Shown here: positions 12,011 to 24,622 of the stretch, piece by piece | Layout: every line of letters begins with the position of its first letter | Numbering within the stretch: position 1 is the stretch's first letter | NCBI RefSeq assembly: GCF_006345805.1 | Contig: NC_043022.1 | Location: 4,216,001 to 4,280,000, forward strand | Direction: 5' to 3' | DNA: 64,000 bases | Origin: Octopus sinensis | Taxonomy: Eukaryota | Notes under the pieces: model-generated | What the model was told of the DNA's origin: nothing | The model's database searches: none | What the model saw: the letters and a program-made list of their open reading frames with translations, nothing else | Program-made: the position numbers and the translations under genes

Positions 12011-12684
12011 ATCTGAGAAACCAGGAAACTGGTTTTATGACTCAGATCTGTCATCGTGACCATCACTGTCGTTGTCATCCTCATCCACCTCCTCCTCCTC
12101 ATCATCATCCTGAGTACAATCCCCCTCCAACAAAGTATTTTCAGTCTGAAATATTTTAGCCTTTTCCTCCTCCTCACAGTCACACCAATCTTTTTATATT
12201 TTATATTCTAGTCTCTGTTTCCCATTTTGCAACCGTCTCCACTCACTAATTGTCAAAACAGGCCAGTGACCATTTACATAAAGTCCTAGTGTTTACTCAA
12301 TATACAACAGGGGTGTTCTGCTACACTATTACATGCCACAAGCTTTGCTATATTTCATCTGTCCACATTTAAAATGCTGGTGAACAGAAAGCAGCAACGG
12401 AGCTATGGATTCTGTTTCAATTAGCCCCTGACATTAAAGACTTAACCAGCAGAAATATTAGCTCAGAGACGATAACATAGGAAGATGGATTTGAAGGTTG
12501 CGGATGAGGTGGAGCGGGAAGGGGGAAACTGGTAATGCCAAGATGTCAGGATTTAGAGAGAGATTTCAGAGAGCCACAGATTCAAAACAAGATTAGATTA
12601 GAACCACCACATGGAAGATTCCCAGTGTGTGCGTGTAGTGTGGATACATGTATATATATATACACATACATACCTCTAACCATG

Positions 12685-12995
12685 AAGTGTGGCTTTGTGG
12701 TTAGGGGTATTTGGCTCATAATCATAAGGTCACAAGTTCAAATACTGGTGGTGCGTTGGTTCCTTGAGCAAGACACTCTATTTCTCATTGCTCCAGTCCA
12801 CTCAGCTGGCAAAAATGAGTTGTATGCGTAATTCAAGGGGCCAGCCTTACAACATTCTATGTCACACTGAATCCCCCTGAGAACTGGATTAAGGGTATGT
12901 GTGTCTGTGGAGTACTCAGCCACTTGCACATTAATTTTACAAGCAGGCTGTTTGGTTTGTCGGATCAACTGGATACTCTCGTTGCAACCTACAGA
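12685..12995 (+). mobile_element. SINE family E with long body
   Basis: Head and core plus a body shared in reverse with 33670-33925. Confidence 0.75.
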
Positions 12996-13047
12996 GTGCC
13001 AGTAGAGATAGATAAATAGACAGACAGACAGACACACAAGTATACAT

Positions 13048-13217
13048 AGGCTCAGGAGTGGCTGTGTGGTAAGTAGCTTGCTTACCAACCACATGGTTCC
13101 AGGTTCAGTCCCACTGCATGACATCTTGGGCAAGTGTCTTCTACTATAGCCTCGGGCCGACCAAAGCCTTGTGAGTGGATTTGGTAGACGGAAACTGAAA
13201 GAAGCCCGTCGTATATA

Positions 13218-13249
<32 letters not shown>

Positions 13250-13470
13250 CGTGTGTGTATGTTTGTGTGTCTGTGTTTGTCTTCCTAGCATTGCATGACA
13301 ACCGATGCTGGTGTGTTTATGTCCCCGTTACTTAGCGGTTCGGCAAAAGAGACCGATAGAATAAGTACTGGGCTTACAAAAGAATAAGTCCCGGGGTCGA
13401 TTTGCTCGACTAAAAGCGGTGCTCCAGCATGGCCACAGTCAAATGACTGAAACAAGTAAAAGAGAAAGAG
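13048..13470 (+). mobile_element. SINE family A, full length
   Basis: TGGCTGTGTGG A-box, GGTTCAGTCCC B-box, complete 3' end. Confidence 0.9.
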
Positions 13471-14248
13471 AGATACATATTCACAGAATTATATACATAC
13501 AGTTTAACACAGACAGACACACAGACAGACATATATCTATGTATGTTCATACATGAAATCTTCTGCGATTTCATACAAAGGAAGAGAGAAAAAGAAAAAG
13601 GAGAGAAAAAGAAAAAAAGATTGAAACGAGTGGCACATCTCTGAGAGTAATTGATAAAATGACCTGTAGACTGACAGAGAAGAAAGCTTTCTGGCTGAAT
13701 GGCTGCTGACATTAATTCTATAATAAACGCGATGACTTTCCATAGGCCGTTAATGATATTTGAATAGAATATTTCCTGTCCTCTTTATATATAAATCATA
13801 TTGAAATTAGCAGCCAGTATCCTGTAAAAGTCGCAATTAACATCTCGAGCCGGTTTGCAGAGAAAGAACCGCAATAAGCACCGACCTGCAGTGAAAGCAG
13901 CCATTTACAACTACGATAAACACCAAAACAGTTCATCAGTTTAGCGGCAGCGGTGGTGTGGGAGGGAGGTGGTGGTGGTGGTGGTGGTGGGTGGGGCGTA
14001 AACTAGGCGTGTGTGAAAGAGTAGCTAATAGATCGATATTTCTTGAAAATATTTTTAGCGTTCTTTCAATGGCCTGAGAAGGTGGAATTGGGGGAAAAAA
14101 AAAGTAAAATGGCACTGTAGTTATTCTTCTCTTTGGTTCTCGTTGGAACACAAGATAAGTCGATCTATAAGGAAATATTTTCTGAAATAGCACAAAGAGA
14201 ACCGAGTGGAAAGGTAAGTTTACAGCAAATATTTTAAAACAGGAATAA

Positions 14249-14465
14249 TTAACCCTTTAGTGTTCAGATTATTCCATCAAACATAATGCCTATTGATTCC
14301 CATTGATTTGAATTAATCAGGCATTATCTCATATCTTCAAGATCTTGATGGTGTAATTACTTAATGTAGAATAACATTGTAGGGTAGGTGTGAGAGTCTG
14401 GATCTGGTCAGTTTGAACATAAAACAGATTAAATATTTTGGCTGGATATGGCTGGTTTAAATGGG
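14249..14465 (+). mobile_element. MITE family D copy
   Basis: TTAACCCTTTAGTGTTCAGATT...GGATATGGCTGGTTTAAATG. Confidence 0.8.
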
Positions 14466-15819
14466 TTTCAGAAAAAGGTCCTTTAACCTTACCCCATACC
14501 TTAATACAAGATCCCAACATAAAACAGGCACACAAAATTTGTACAATGAACCCTAAATCCCTATTACAGAAAACCATTTTCACAAGAGCCTGCAACCAGA
14601 GCCTATATGAACCCTGCAGGGTCCACATAAGATTTTGTCCTTAAAATTTATGTCCTATAAATTGGTTATATTTACACAGTACACAAAATATTAAGAAAAA
14701 TATTTTAGAGAGAGCTGGAAAGATTATGGCAAAGCAATTTCTCCAGTGCACTAACACCTCCTCTAACCGGCTGCCTTACATACGTGCGCATGTGTAAGCC
14801 TACACATGGACACACAGGAGCAGGTAGGGCTTCATGTTAAGACGTTTGCTTCCCAACCACATGGTTCTGGGTTCAGTCCCATGGAAAGAAACCTGTCATG
14901 TGTTTGTCCCCCAAAACTGCTTGACAGCTGGTGTTGGTGTGTTTACATCCCTGTAGCTTAGCAGTTTGGCAAAAGAAACAGAATACCAGGCTTTAAAAAA
15001 AAAAAAAGCAATGGGATCAATTCAATTGGCTAAAAATACTTCAAGACGGTGCCCCAGCATGGCCACAGTCTCATGACACATAAAAGCTACACACACACAC
15101 AGACATCTACATACATGCACTCGCATATACACACCCCTCGTGGACCTGTGATGCTAACTCTTGGTTCCGCTCTGTGAGAAATAATCCAAATCACTCCAGA
15201 TTCTGGTTCCAAAGAAATTCAAAGAAAAAACAAACTGAAATATTTTCAGATTATTTCCAAGATAAACTTCAATTAGTGCCGTCTTGGATAAACAGAAGAA
15301 GCTCTGCAATAACAGCTTGGATGTTTTTCTAAGATATCAGATAATACAAAAAAAATGATACAACCAGATCAAACAACAAAACTAGTTATTTACATTATGT
15401 TCACATTTTCTCCTCTCTTTCTTTCTCCTACCATTCGCTCCCCCCACCCACCACCACCACTATCTCCACTCACGAGACTGTGGTTGGCCACAGGGTACAG
15501 CAGAAGAGATTTGCACAAGGGGACATGCAGTGGGACTGAACCTGGAACCACATGGTTGGGAAGCAGGTCTCTTACCACACAGCCATGCCTCTGTGTGTGT
15601 GTGTGTGTGTGTGTGTATGTTTGTGTACACACAGACACACACACACACACACACACACACAATGTACATATATTTGCATATAGAAGAGAGAGATGAGTAA
15701 AACCAAACTGTAGAGTCAACAAAGCTGATAAGCTCAACAGTTTGAGTCTCCTTTCAAGCTGACTAAAAGGGTCCACATCATTTTATATGATTCCACACTC
15801 ACAAACACACACACACAGA

Positions 15820-16489
15820 CCGGTACTGGATTAACCATTAAGCAAAAGAAGCACATACTTAGGGCAGCAAGGAAAGTAGGGGGGGGGGCACCAGAGAAAT
15901 GATAAATTGCTTACGGCACAAAAGAAATTACTTTAAACTTGCTAAAATAACATTAGTGAGTTGTGCCTTTCCAAATTGCTTACTTGAGCGTTCATTTTCT
16001 CGGTTGAAGTATATTAAAAATCCCATCAGAACACCTATGCAATGAGGCAGGCTGGATGCCTTATCTCTGCTAAGTATAGAAGCAGATGTGTTACACAAGA
16101 TTAATCTTAAAGATCTGATCAAAGACTTAGCAATTTTTCAAAAAATAGAAAACTTTTCAAATATAAATAAAACAGAAGTATACAAAAAATAAACATTATT
16201 TTCTATTTTCCTGTTAGTTTTGTTTCATTTATTTCATAGTTTATTATTGTTTATATTTTTGCTTTACACATATGGTTGGCGTTAGGAAGGGCATCCAGCC
16301 GTAGAAACACTGCCAGATTTGACTGGGCCTGATGAAGCCTTCTGGCTTCACAGACCCCAGTAGAACCGTCCAACCCATGCTAGCATGGAAAACGGATGCT
16401 AAACGATGATGATGATGATGATGATGATATATGGGGACACCAAAATCTTTTAAGTGTTTAGGGTCCGTACGGGTCTTAATTTGTCCCCG
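15820..16489 (+). mobile_element. Internally deleted hAT transposon carrying the C-terminal dimerisation-domain remnant
   Basis: 15986-16145 reads ERSFSRLKYIKNPIRTPMQ*GRLDALSLLSIEADVLHKINLKDLIKDLA, the hAT ERSFS.LK.IK..LR.TM..ERL..L..LSIE motif. Ends are degenerate (CTGGATTAA / TTAATTTGTCCCCG). Confidence 0.8.
16273..16427 (+). mobile_element. RTE 3' UTR fragment nested in the hAT element
   Basis: TGGTTGGCGTTAGGAAGGGCATCC...CTAAACGATGATGATGAT. Confidence 0.85.
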
Positions 16490-16529
16490 ACTATGACCTA
16501 CTATGGAATTCTGAAGACGGAACTTAGTC

Positions 16530-16700
16530 GACTAAATTCACCCCAGTACTCGACCGGTATTTTATCTTACTGATCTTGTAATAAAGGATGAAAGGCAAAG
16601 CTGACCTTGGTGAGATTTGAACTCAGATCTTAAAGAGACGGAACAAATACGACACATCATTTTATCCACTGCACTAACGACTCTGCCAAACCACCACCCT
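16530..16700 (-). mobile_element. SINE family B, degenerate
   Basis: AAGGATGAAAGGCAAAGCTGACC...TTTGAACTCAG...CTCTGCCAAACCACC. Confidence 0.65.
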
Positions 16701-18524
16701 CACCACACTAACAACGACAAGTATAAATATTTAATTTAAAGCCTGACAGCCTTTATTTCTAATTATCAATAAAAGGCAATCGTAGTCTGAACCTTTCATT
16801 TCAGCAACGTACCGCCAACACTAATTCATTTATGTTGCTAAGCACGGAGCGAATTAGAAATAATGTTTCCATAAAATTACTAGCCATGAGCTCAGAACAA
16901 TCTTTCGCTAATCTTACAATGTAATTTACAAGACAAAATTCCAAATGTATTGTCTATTAGTGGAAGTATGCTAAAAGGAAGGTGGCTATCATGGAAATTT
17001 CTTAATCACATCACGATACCATTCATTAAAATCTATCCGATAATATATATCAACTGATTGAGCGAATCTGAAAATGAACGACTGCAATCTAGCTGACAAC
17101 AAGCAATGATACCGTAATGGAATAAAAGTTTTAAAGCAATTGAGCCGAAATTTAGCTCTGTATCTTTCTCTAGGTCCCGGCTTGGAGAGTTTCGCTCTGG
17201 GAGAGCCATGGACGGCAGTGTCGCTAATTTATAGCAATCCATTTTCCTTTCTTTTCTTTTCTTTTTTCTTCACTGTTAGTGATAAAGTGCGGATGCTCCG
17301 AAGATATTATGGCTTGTGATAGTCCAATTAACTTCACAAGTAGCCTATTACCACAAGAAAATTGTTAAATAATAAAGGTGATATGGAAGGTTTATTTATC
17401 AGAGTCCAAAATACTAACAAACTAGTATTTTGTTGATCCATCAAAATATATATATATATATATATGTACACACACACATACACTTATACATGCATCTGTG
17501 TGTATATGACATCACCCATAAATGATGTCATTTAACAGACTTTTGGTCAGAAGCTATGACAAACTAACGGTTTGGTATTCCGTGTTAAAATATGACCAAT
17601 TTCAACAGAACTGATACAATCTAACTTATCTGATAAGTATTTTCTGTAGCTGGCAGCCAGCCTGCAGGACTATTACGCTAGTACCGTACCGAGCTACTGC
17701 TGTCAGCCAGGGGAAACGGTTAATTCTGAAGAAATCTTTTCTAAAGCTCTGCTGCACTATATCTATCAACACTTCCTGATTTGATAGAACGGTACCGACA
17801 TAAATGTCAAGTAAATGGTATCATGGAGAAAAGCAATTTCTGTGGTAATAAAAGAAAAAGATGCTCAACGCCAGAGGCCATTGTAACCGATTGAGTTTGT
17901 TTTATGACTTTTAGGCCTTATTCATTGGAGATAATAGGATTTGCAACCAATCGTGCTTTTATGAGTGATTTTAGACTATTTATTCGAGCAATAAAAATTT
18001 ATCAGCAGACATCTCCAGATGACTTCACTTTTTATCTGATATACAGACAAATCTGAAATTATTATATCTACAAGAAGAATGCAGGCTTTCAAGAGAAAGA
18101 TGAATGAATGCATTAAAAGAAGAAGAACAAAAAGTAAAAAAAAAAAAAAGCACTTCCCCCACTAAAACCACTATTACCTCTGCCGCCGCCACCCACCCTG
18201 AATATCAATATCAAAGACGGTCGTACCGAGAGAAATAAATTCTTAAACTTAAAAACACTAAAAATGATTCCGTGGAAATAAATATATAATTTATGGATCA
18301 AAAGGTTGAACAAAGTTGAGTTATTCACGGAGGGGGCCCCACCGCCGATGGCGTTGGACTCGGACTACAAAAACGGTCTTAAAAGTTTCTGACAAATTAT
18401 GCCAGTTCAGAAATCAGAATGTTTTTTTTTTTCTTATTCAGAGCCAACGCCATGTTTCATCATCTTCAAATTGAAACAAAATGTCTAGGTAGCAAAACAA
18501 GACATCAAAGCAATGGTGTAGTAG

Positions 18525-18537
18525 TAGCAGCAACAGC

Positions 18538-18570
<33 letters not shown>

Positions 18571-18850
18571 GGTGGTGGTGGTGGTAGTAGTAGCAGCAGT
18601 AGTAGTAGTGGTGGTGGTGGTGGTAGTAGTAGCAGCAACAGTAGTAGTAGTAGTAGTAGTAGAAGTAGTAGTAGTAGTAGTAGAAGTAGTAGTAACAGTA
18701 GTAGTAGTAGTAGTGGTGGTAGTAGTAGCAGCAACAGTAGTAGTAGTAGTAGTAGTAACAGTAGTAGTAGTAGTAGTGGTGGTAGTAGTAGTAGCAGCAA
18801 CAGTAGTAGTAGTAGTAGTACTAGTAGTAGTAGCAGTAGTAGTAGTAGTA
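18525..18850. repeat. Compound trinucleotide array (GTA/GTG/GCA/ACA)n
   Basis: Directly visible. It explains the poly-V and poly-L ORFs. Confidence 0.95.
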
Positions 18851-18951
18851 CGGGGGGGTATCTGCTATGACAGCGTGTTGCTGCATCCACCGTTTGTTGG
18901 TGATTCCTTACTACTCGGCATGGACCCTACATCAAGAATATATTATTATTA

Positions 18952-19080
18952 GGGAAACCTTGCCAGATCGGATTGGAGCCTGGTGCAGCCGTCTGGATGA
19001 CCAGCCCTCAGTCAATGCATCCAACCCATGCCAGCATGGAAAGTGGACATTAAACGACAACGACGACGATGATGATGATT
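18952..19080 (+). mobile_element. RTE 3' UTR tail
   Basis: CCAACCCATGCCAGCATGGAAAGTGGACATTAAACGAC...GATGAT. Confidence 0.8.
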
Positions 19081-19096
19081 ATGGTTGGAGCCAGGC

Positions 19097-19320
19097 AAAG
19101 TGGTGAGCTGGCAAAACTGTCAGCACACCGTCCGAAATGCTTAGCGGCATTTTGTCTGTCTTCACAATCTCTGAGTTCAAATTCTGCTGAGGTTGACTTC
19201 ACCTTTTTATCCTTTTGGGGTCAATAAATTAAGTACCAGTGAAACACTAGGATCGATGTAATCAACTAGTCCCCACCCCCAACAAAATTCTGGGCCCTGT
19301 GCCTAGAGTAGAAACAATTA
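19097..19320 (+). mobile_element. SINE family B
   Basis: GAGCTGGCAAAA head, GAGTTCAAATTC B-box, family core. Confidence 0.8.
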
Positions 19321-19344
19321 TTATTATTATTATTATTATTCAAT

Positions 19345-19692
19345 CGTGGTCGTTCGCCAGCCTCATCTGGCACCTGTGTCGGTGGCACATAAAAACACTA
19401 TCCGAGCGTGGCCGTCTGCCAGCCTCGTGTGGCACCTGTGTTGGTGGCACATAAAAAACACCATCCGAGCGTGGCCGTTCGCCAGCCTCGTCTGGCACCT
19501 GTGTCGGTGGCACATAAAATCACCCACTACACTCTCGGAGTGGTTGGCGTTAGGAAGGGCATCCAGCTGTAGAAACACTGCCAGATCTGACTGGCCTGGT
19601 GCAGCCTTCGGGCTCCCCAGACCCCAGTTGAACCGTCCAACCCATGCTAGCATGGAAAGCGGACGTTAAATGATGATGATGATGATGATGAT
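19345..19692 (+). mobile_element. RTE 3' UTR with internal ~62-bp tandem subrepeats
   Basis: Three units of GCCAGCCTCGTCTGGCACCTGTGTCGGTGGCACATAAAAACACCATCCGAGCGTGGCCGT, then the standard terminal segment and GAT tail. Confidence 0.85.
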
Positions 19693-19709
19693 TATTATTA
19701 TTACTATTT

Positions 19710-19915
19710 AAGGCAACAAACAGTCAGAATTGTTAGTATGCCAGGGGAAATGTTTAGCAGCATTCCTGCCCTCTCTACTTTCTGAATTCAGATTCCACCG
19801 AGGTGGACTTAGCCTTTCATCTTTTCAGGGGTTGATAAACTAAGTACCAGTTGATGTAAATGATTTACCCACTTCCTTGAAATTGCTGGCCTTGTGCAAA
19901 AATTAGAAACCAATA
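19710..19915 (+). mobile_element. SINE family B variant (AAATTGCTGGCCTTGTG tail)
   Basis: Family core plus an alternative tail also seen near 36400, 41510 and 53210. Confidence 0.7.
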
Positions 19916-20069
19916 ATGACAAATTTGAATATTTTATTTACTAAATGATCCAAATTCTTCATTATAGGAATCCCACGACTATTCCAGACATTACATTCCA
20001 AAACACACTGCAATAGGAGAAAATCTGCCAAGTAGAAACAGTACTGCCCAGTATATATGTTTACTCGGA

Positions 20070-20450
20070 AACTTGTTTCAGTCATTTGACTGCGGCCATG
20101 CTGGAGCATCGCTTTTTTAGTCGAGCAAATTGACCCCAGGACTTGTTCTTTGTAAGCCTAGTACTTATTCTATCGGTCTCTTTTGCCGAACCGCTAAGTA
20201 ACGGGGACGTAAACACACCAGCATCGGTTGTCAAGCGATGTTAGTGGGGACAAACACAGACACACAAACACACACACACATATATATACATATATACGAC
20301 GGGCTTCTTTCAGTTTCCGTCTACCAAATCCACTCAGAAGGCTTTGGTCGGCCCGAGGCTATAGTAGAAGAAACTTGCCCAAGGTGCCACGCAGTGGGAC
20401 TGAACCCGGAGCCGTGTGGTTGGTAAGCAAGCTACTTACCACACAGCCAC
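20070..20450 (-). mobile_element. SINE family A
   Basis: Near-consensus reverse copy. Confidence 0.9.
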
Positions 20451-21284
20451 TAATTTGTATATATTTATTTTATTATAAATGCAAACCAACACCATGGCAG
20501 AATCGACGTAAGCTTAAATAATAAACCGTGATAGGTGAGCCACGATATAGCGAGGGATTATTGTATTTTATTTATTGAAACACATGGAGACTGACACACA
20601 TTAGAAATAGGTAATAAAATGGTTAAGAAGCAGAAAACAATGGTTCTCTGGGCCAAATTCGGATATAATCCAGTGGATACTGTTTTGGTTTTTTTTTCCC
20701 CAGATTCATTCAAAAAGAGAAACCTTATTGATTTTGAATCAATAGCAGAAGGAGAGAAAGATTGACTCCAACAAACTGTCACAGCAGATGCATCAAACAT
20801 CAATAAATAGAAACGTTCGGTAAATAGTAAGCTTTTAAATCATGAAACCTGAATGGGAGCAAATTATACACACACACAAGTATATACATACATACATACA
20901 TATATACATGCAACTACACATACATATATATATATATATATATATTGGCTTAAGTCTTTCATTGTTTGATTTGCCTAATAGTGGTTTTGTCTCTAATTTA
21001 ATATAATATATATATATATATATATATATACATACATACACACGCACATATATATATATATATACTCTTTTTTTTTAATTCTTTTACTTGTTTCAGTCAC
21101 TTGACTGCGGCCATGCTGGAGCACCGCCTTTTGTCGAGCAAATCGACCCCGGGACTTATTCTTTGTAAGCCCAGTACTTATTCTGTCAGTCTCTTTTGCT
21201 GAACCACTAAGTTACGGGGATGTAAACATACCAACACCAGTTGTCAATTGGTGGAGCAAGACAAACACAAAGGCATCTATCTAT

Positions 21285-21374
<90 letters not shown>

Positions 21375-21380
21375 GTAAAT

Positions 21381-21543
21381 TAATATGTGACAATTATTCA
21401 ATAGCCAAGATAAAACTTTGTTTTGGATGCCGAAGTGGAAATCCAAACACCATCTCTAACCGAAGAGATGGTGTTGTGGATTCCCACTTTGGCATCTGAG
21501 ACTCAGAGTTTTATCTTGGCTATTGAATAATTGTCACATATTA
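21381..21543. other. ~160-bp near-perfect inverted repeat (fold-back)
   Basis: TAATATGTGACAATTATTCAATAGCCAAGATAAAACT pairs with AGTTTTATCTTGGCTATTGAATAATTGTCACATATTA. The inner stem has a 6-nt loop AACCGA at 21458-21463. Confidence 0.9.
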
Positions 21544-23069
21544 TTTTACAGATAAATTTCCTCTATTTACCTAATATTGAGGTCTCTTTCTTTCTTTTGT
21601 TATCTTACTGTTTTTACCAATATATATATATATATATACATACATACATACATACACACACAATGAAAAGAAGAAGTGAAAGAAACTTCTTTAACACACC
21701 TTTAATTCTAAGTTCCAGATGTTGCCGTACCATCTCCATTTGCAACACCAGTTTACATGAAAATTTTGGAAGAAAAAAATCACGTAATATTTGCCCTTTT
21801 AGGCATTGGAGAAGCACTTCCTCACACTTGCATCAAAGGCATGTTATTACACACACACACACATATACACGCAGTGGGCTTCTTTCAGTTTCCATCTACC
21901 AAATACACTCACAAATCTTTGATCAGTCCGAGGCTTATAGAAGACACTTGCCCAAGGTGCCATGCAATGGGATTGAACCTGGAGCCATGTGATCGAGAAA
22001 GAAGCTTCTTACTACACAGCCACACCTGCAGCAAGGGGAATAGTTTTCATAACAGAAAATTAATTAAAGGTGTGGTAATTATCATAATATTTTTTTTTTA
22101 ATAAAAGTATCTGAATGCCAATAGACAAAGAAGAACGTTTTTTTTTTTTTTTTTTTGTTTATTCCATTTTAAATTGTCACCAAGTAATTTCGAATGCTGA
22201 AATAGCTGGGCTGCAACATAAATTGGCCTAATTGTCTTATAAAAGGTTAATTAATAAATAGTCCACATTTCATAACAACAAAATTGGAGAATGAAGAGGA
22301 GAATTTTCTGCCAATTAATGTAATTTTATTATATTATTATCAAACAACAGTTGTAGTAAAATTAGCGCCGGCAGCAGCAGTAGCAGTGATTAACTTCAAA
22401 GTCAAAATTATCTGCCTACATACACACACATAGATGTATGTGTTTATATATATATATATATATACACACACCCACACAAATACACATTTATGTAGCTTTT
22501 TATGTTTAACAAAACAACTATGACAATTAATGAATCTGTTCTGAAGACAATTTAAAGTTATTAACAACGAATGTGTTAAATCAACTTAAATAACATGTAG
22601 GTCTCTTATTTTGCAAACGTCCTAATTAATGACATCAATTAATCAACTGTTTAACCCTAATGGCTTTAGAGGGAAGGCAAATGGATGTTGCAGTATGTGT
22701 GATGCCTTTTACAGTAGTGATAACCAACCAAACGCAGGCATGCACATGGCCACCTACATTGGAGCGAGAGAACAACAACTGCTTGGATAAACCCTGAGAT
22801 ATGACAGGTACTAATTTTATCAATGGTCCAAGGATGAATGATGATGCTGGCTTCAGCTGGATCTGCTACCCACAACAACCCTTTTACAATAACTGCTACT
22901 AGTGCAAGTACAAGGGGCTGAAGGGATGAGTACCCCTGATCCCAATAATTGACTGGTTCCCTATTTTTACCAACCCTGGCAGGATAAAACTTACAGTCGA
23001 CCCTGGAAAGATTTTAAACTCAGAATGTAAGGTGCTGGAATAAATATTGCAAAGGTTTTTGCTGTAATG

Positions 23070-23270
23070 GCGGTGCCTGACTTAGTGGTTAGGGTGTTGG
23101 ACTGACAATCGTAAGATAGTGGTTTCGATTCCTGGGCTGGGTGATGTGCCATGCTTTTGAGCAAAACACTGCAGTCCACTCAGTTGGTAAAAATGAGTAA
23201 TCCTGCAATGGATTGACGTCCCATCCAGGGGTGAATGTACATGCTAGGGAAACCAGCCCTATGCTACTTA
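23070..23270 (+). mobile_element. SINE family E
   Basis: TGACTTAGTGGTTAGG...GGTTTCGATTCC...TTTGAGCAAAACACT...CCACTCAG. Confidence 0.75.
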
Positions 23271-23504
23271 GGGAGTAAGGTGAACTAACCATTTGCTCTA
23301 AGGAGTCTGCCCAACCAACTGCCCTTTACAATATGTGCAAAAGATTTGGCTAAATATAAAGTTAATATTGCCTCTTGTCATTTGCTTCAGCCACTGGACT
23401 GTGGCCAGGCTACAGCACTGCTTTGAACAGTTTTGCTGAGTCAATTGATCCCAGTAATTCTGGTGGGGGGGGGGATATAATAAAAAGATCGATTTAATTC
23501 TTCA

Positions 23505-23918
23505 ACAGTCAAATTACTCAGTCAGTTGTTTTGCTTATTTATTCACACTGTTTTGAATTAATCATGGATTATCTCATAGCTTCGAGATTTCAATGATGTG
23601 AATGGTTAATTTTAGAATTATTGTAAGGTAAGTGTAAGAGGTCAGATCTGGCTAGTTTGAACATAGAACAGGTAGAATATTTGGGTCAGATACAGCTGAT
23701 TCAACCCTTTAGCAGCATTGTGAATACTCTGTCAAATAAAATACTTATTCATTCACACTGTTTTGAATTAATCCTGCATTATCTCATAGCTTTGAGATTT
23801 CAATGATGTGATTGTTTCATTTTTAGAATGACATAGTCGGGTAGGTGTAAGAGGCTGGATCTGACCAGTTTGAATATTTAACAGGTAGAATATTCAGGTG
23901 GAAATGCTAAAGAGTTGA
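23505..23918 (+). mobile_element. Two tandem MITE family D copies
   Basis: Second copy starts TCAACCCTTTAGCA at 23701 and ends AATGCTAAAGAGTTG. Confidence 0.8.
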
Positions 23919-24622
23919 AAGATAAAAAGCTGTTTCCCAGCCGTCTTTTTCCCTTGCTTTCATTGCCACACAACAAATAGACATAAAATGAGATATATCG
24001 GGGGGGGGGGGGGGGGGGTGAGAAAAGCTTTATTCTTTTTCTTTGTCCTCTACAGGTGAATGCTGAATGCTGAATGCCAAACCTGTCACATCTATCACTA
24101 ACCACTCAACTGTAATCTTATCAGGGTCACCTTTAGGTGTAAGTAACATCTGCCCTAAAGGCGACCACGGGCATCACAGTCAAGTACCTTTGCTTCCTCT
24201 CAATCACCCGGCCCCTACCCTATATATCTCTCTCTCAAACAATGGGAAGTTCAAAGAAGCTCACATTCACTTCTTTCAGCCATTGAACTGTGGCCATGCT
24301 GCAGCAGCACCACCACCACCACCGTCGTCATTGGTTTTCTATCACTCATTCCAGTCTCGGTACTTTTTTTTTTTTTTTAAACTTTTTACTTGTTTCACTC
24401 CTAAGACCACAGCCATGCTGGAGCATCACCTTAACGAATTTTTTGTTGTTGAAGGAATTGGCTCCAGAACTTACCGTTTTCTAAAGCCTGGTACTTATGC
24501 TATCAGTCACTTTTGTTGAACTGCTACGTTATGGGGATATAAACACCAACACCAGTTGTCAAGCGGCAGCAGGGGACAAACACAGATACAAAAACACTCA
24601 CACACACACACACACACATATA

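Noticed and set aside
13048-13120. tRNA-like sequences at SINE heads
   Set aside because: They have A and B boxes but no complete cloverleaf or acceptor stem, and they continue into SINE bodies, so they are not tRNA genes.
14205-14219. Perfect splice donor AAG|GTAAGT on the plus strand
   Set aside because: There is no supporting acceptor or ORF, and a single such 9-mer is expected by chance in AT-rich DNA of this length.
17033-17242. 69-aa minus-strand ORF with a plausible-looking start (MDCYKLATLPSMALPERNSPSRD)
   Set aside because: No recognisable homology or splice support, so it cannot be called an exon from sequence alone.
18419-18952. Poly-Val and poly-Leu ORFs resembling membrane proteins
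   Set aside because: Translation of a trinucleotide array.
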